DNA of 19,587 nucleotides, taken from a virus (Duplodnaviria; Heunggongvirae; Uroviricota; Caudoviricetes). Each line of letters opens with the position of its first letter. Position 1 is the first letter of the stretch. This document shows, one piece after another, positions 17,701 to 19,587 of this stretch. Location: the IMG/VR virus record IMGVR_UViG_2563366928_000013; one strand, given 5' to 3'. The position numbers were made by a program, and so were the translations under genes. Under the pieces are notes generated by a model, which made no database searches, had not been told where the DNA came from, and was given only the letters and a program-made list of their open reading frames with translations.

Positions 17701-17829
17701 CCCCGCAACTTCAATTCTGTTTTGCGTGCCTGCTCCAGATTTTGCGATGTTTTTTTGCCCAGCACACTGAGAACGTGAGATACTCACAACTGTATATAAA
17801 TGGGTCTTCCCCGATCATGGTGGGAAGAC

Positions 17830-19050
17830 TCAGTACGCCATATTCAGTTTCCCATAGTGGAACATAACTCCCAGTTTAAAGCGTTCCCGGTTTCGGTATC
17901 CCCTGGCCTTTATCCTCAGCAGTCTGATCTTGCTGTTCAGCGCCTCCGCATTTCCATTCGAGACGCGATGACGCATTGCATTCAGTATTCCGTATAACCG
18001 TTTTTTAATGGTTTTCGCTGCGTTTTTCATCATCGGCACATCACATTCAGACGCCAGCGATATCCACTGCAACCAGTCATTCCTGCGTTCTGTGCTCCAG
18101 GGGCGATCCCAGATATTTTTTGCCAGCTCTTTCAGTGTCCAGCACTGGCTTGTCTGTTGCATCTGTTCCCGCAACCACATCAGCTTTTCCTGCCGGGACT
18201 CAGTCATCCATTTGTCGCTGTACTGCCACAGGAAGCGGGTACCTTTGGCCTGACGACGACTTTCAACAGGGAGGTGCGGATGTTCATTCTGGCGGGTTTT
18301 ATCAACCACTTCGCCCAGTTGCTTCGCCACATGGAAGCGATCGAAGGCGATTTTCTCGACCGCATTGGGTAAATGGATACGCGCTGCTCTTATATAGCCC
18401 GCATTCATGTCCATCGACAGTGTTTTGATGGCCAACAACTGACTGTCAGTAAGCGAACGGAGATAGCTGGCAAGACTCTCTGTGCCACGATCATCGGTTA
18501 ATGCCAGTGCCCGCCCGTCGCGATCAGATACCACGGTTATATACCTATGCCCTTTTTTAAAGGCGACTTCGTCTACATTCATATGACGCACTGATAAAGG
18601 CTTTTTAATCCGCGACAGGCCTCGCTTAACCGCGCGGGTCATGATGCCGTCAACGGCATTCCAGCTAAGTTTAAGTTGTTTTCTGACCGCATCAACGGTG
18701 CTGATTTTAAGCCATGAGAGCACGAACGATTCGAACAGCAGAGTGTACCGACTGCCGGAACCTGCCCACGGTACAGGCAGAGTCTGGCAGCCATGCTCCG
18801 GGCACATAACGCGGGGAACATCGGCTTCTACTAATGTCATGAACTGGCAGGTATCAAGGTGGCGCCATTTACGATGTCGGTGATCGTGAACAGAACAGGA
18901 TTTCCTGCAGGTCGGACAGGTTAACTGAGTATTTTCAGCAATTCCGACTGTAACAGTAACGGAACCTGCATTTTCATCGAGGGTAAGGGATTTAACCTGC
19001 CATGGTGCAGTCAGGTTAAGGATATGGGCATAGAGGGATTTTTCGTCCAT
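17830..19050 (-). CDS. ISL3-family transposase, 406 aa
   Basis: N-terminal zinc-finger region CPTCRKSCSVHDHRHRKWRHLDTCQFMTLVEADVPRVMCPEHGCQTLPVPWA and overall size fit the ISL3 family as recalled. IS boundaries and terminal inverted repeats were not resolved. Confidence 0.7.
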   Translation of the reverse strand: MDEKSLYAHILNLTAPWQVKSLTLDENAGSVTVTVGIAENTQLTCPTCRKSCSVHDHRHRKWRHLDTCQFMTLVEADVPRVMCPEHGCQTLPVPWAGSGSRYTLLFESFVLSWLKISTVDAVRKQLKLSWNAVDGIMTRAVKRGLSRIKKPLSVRHMNVDEVAFKKGHRYITVVSDRDGRALALTDDRGTESLASYLRSLTDSQLLAIKTLSMDMNAGYIRAARIHLPNAVEKIAFDRFHVAKQLGEVVDKTRQNEHPHLPVESRRQAKGTRFLWQYSDKWMTESRQEKLMWLREQMQQTSQCWTLKELAKNIWDRPWSTERRNDWLQWISLASECDVPMMKNAAKTIKKRLYGILNAMRHRVSNGNAEALNSKIRLLRIKARGYRNRERFKLGVMFHYGKLNMAY

Positions 19051-19068
19051 ATAATTTCATTCTGAAGC

Positions 19069-19587
19069 TTACTTTAAACTGATATTATTATTTTTTGCCC
19101 ACTTTCTTAATCTTCCATTAGCGTTGGCGTAAGGCGAAGATGTGTTAAATGAGATCATTCTCCCCATCGTCCATTTTGTGTACCATGGTCTTCCATACAA
19201 AATATCATCGGTACGATCATTAATAAGGTTCACAATCTCATTTTTTACAGTCTGAAGTTCAGCTACTAACAACTCATAACTTAACTCACTGTAATCTGAG
19301 TAAAATTTTTGAGCAAGAAGGCCAAGCTGATTCCATTTATAGCCAGTTTCCGGAAAATCGACAGGCAGACCTTTAGCATCAGAAGCGATCCACTTTACAA
19401 CAAGAGCATTCCATCCAAGCAGATACGAAACGAGATCACGAACACTCATCTCCGTTCCTTTGGCGTGTCCGTCCATTGATTTATCTGAAGTAATTTCTGG
19501 TGGGATTGTGTTGAGGTAACTAATTAATTTACTAAAATTTTTATCAATAGCTAAAAGCAGTTCAGCTTTTGTTTGCGGCACACTCAT
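19069..19587 (-). CDS. ClbS/DfsB-like (DUF1706) protein, 172 aa; start codon at the last window bases
   Basis: Pattern GHAKGT...VSYLLGWNALVVKW...KWNQLGLLAQKFYSDY...YGRPWYTKWTMGRMISFNTSSPYANANGRLRKW matches my recollection of ClbS-like proteins. Its stop lies only 18 bp from the transposase start. Confidence 0.55.
   Translation of the reverse strand: MSVPQTKAELLLAIDKNFSKLISYLNTIPPEITSDKSMDGHAKGTEMSVRDLVSYLLGWNALVVKWIASDAKGLPVDFPETGYKWNQLGLLAQKFYSDYSELSYELLVAELQTVKNEIVNLINDRTDDILYGRPWYTKWTMGRMISFNTSSPYANANGRLRKWAKNNNISLK

Noticed and set aside
17409-18428. Plus-strand ORFs 17409-17594, 17667-17867, 17800-17997, 18008-18253, 18120-18428, 18157-18372
   Set aside because: Either in the structured non-coding stretch or antisense to the transposase; basic low-complexity translations without RBS.
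17751-19101. 11-bp direct repeat TTTTTTGCCCA flanking the transposase as a target-site duplication
   Set aside because: Longer than the 8-bp duplication expected for ISL3 and no terminal inverted repeats lie just inside it; a T-run match can arise by chance.

Overview
This window reads as the interior of a P4-family satellite-like integrative island from an enterobacterium, probably E. coli given the IS2 end. All calls rest on reading the sequence and on recalled family motifs; no database search was run. Left to right: an IS2 end (1-204) that interrupts a P4-type tyrosine integrase, an int-coupled unknown gene, AlpA, an unknown gene, an AntA/KilAC-type antirepressor, a chain of translationally coupled small ORFs, and a P4 alpha-type primase-helicase (6151-8502) flanked by two clusters of GGTACAGGT iterons. 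A cargo region follows: a terminator-delimited three-gene cassette of unknown function (10239-13862), a convergent small membrane protein, a repeat-rich ~800 bp non-coding stretch, an Abi_2 (AbiD/AbiF-like) protein, a small DNA-binding protein, a phased operator array, a PerC-like regulator, an ISL3-family transposase and a ClbS/DUF1706-like gene. The strongest candidate for an undescribed system is the three-gene cassette, followed by the Abi_2 neighbourhood.
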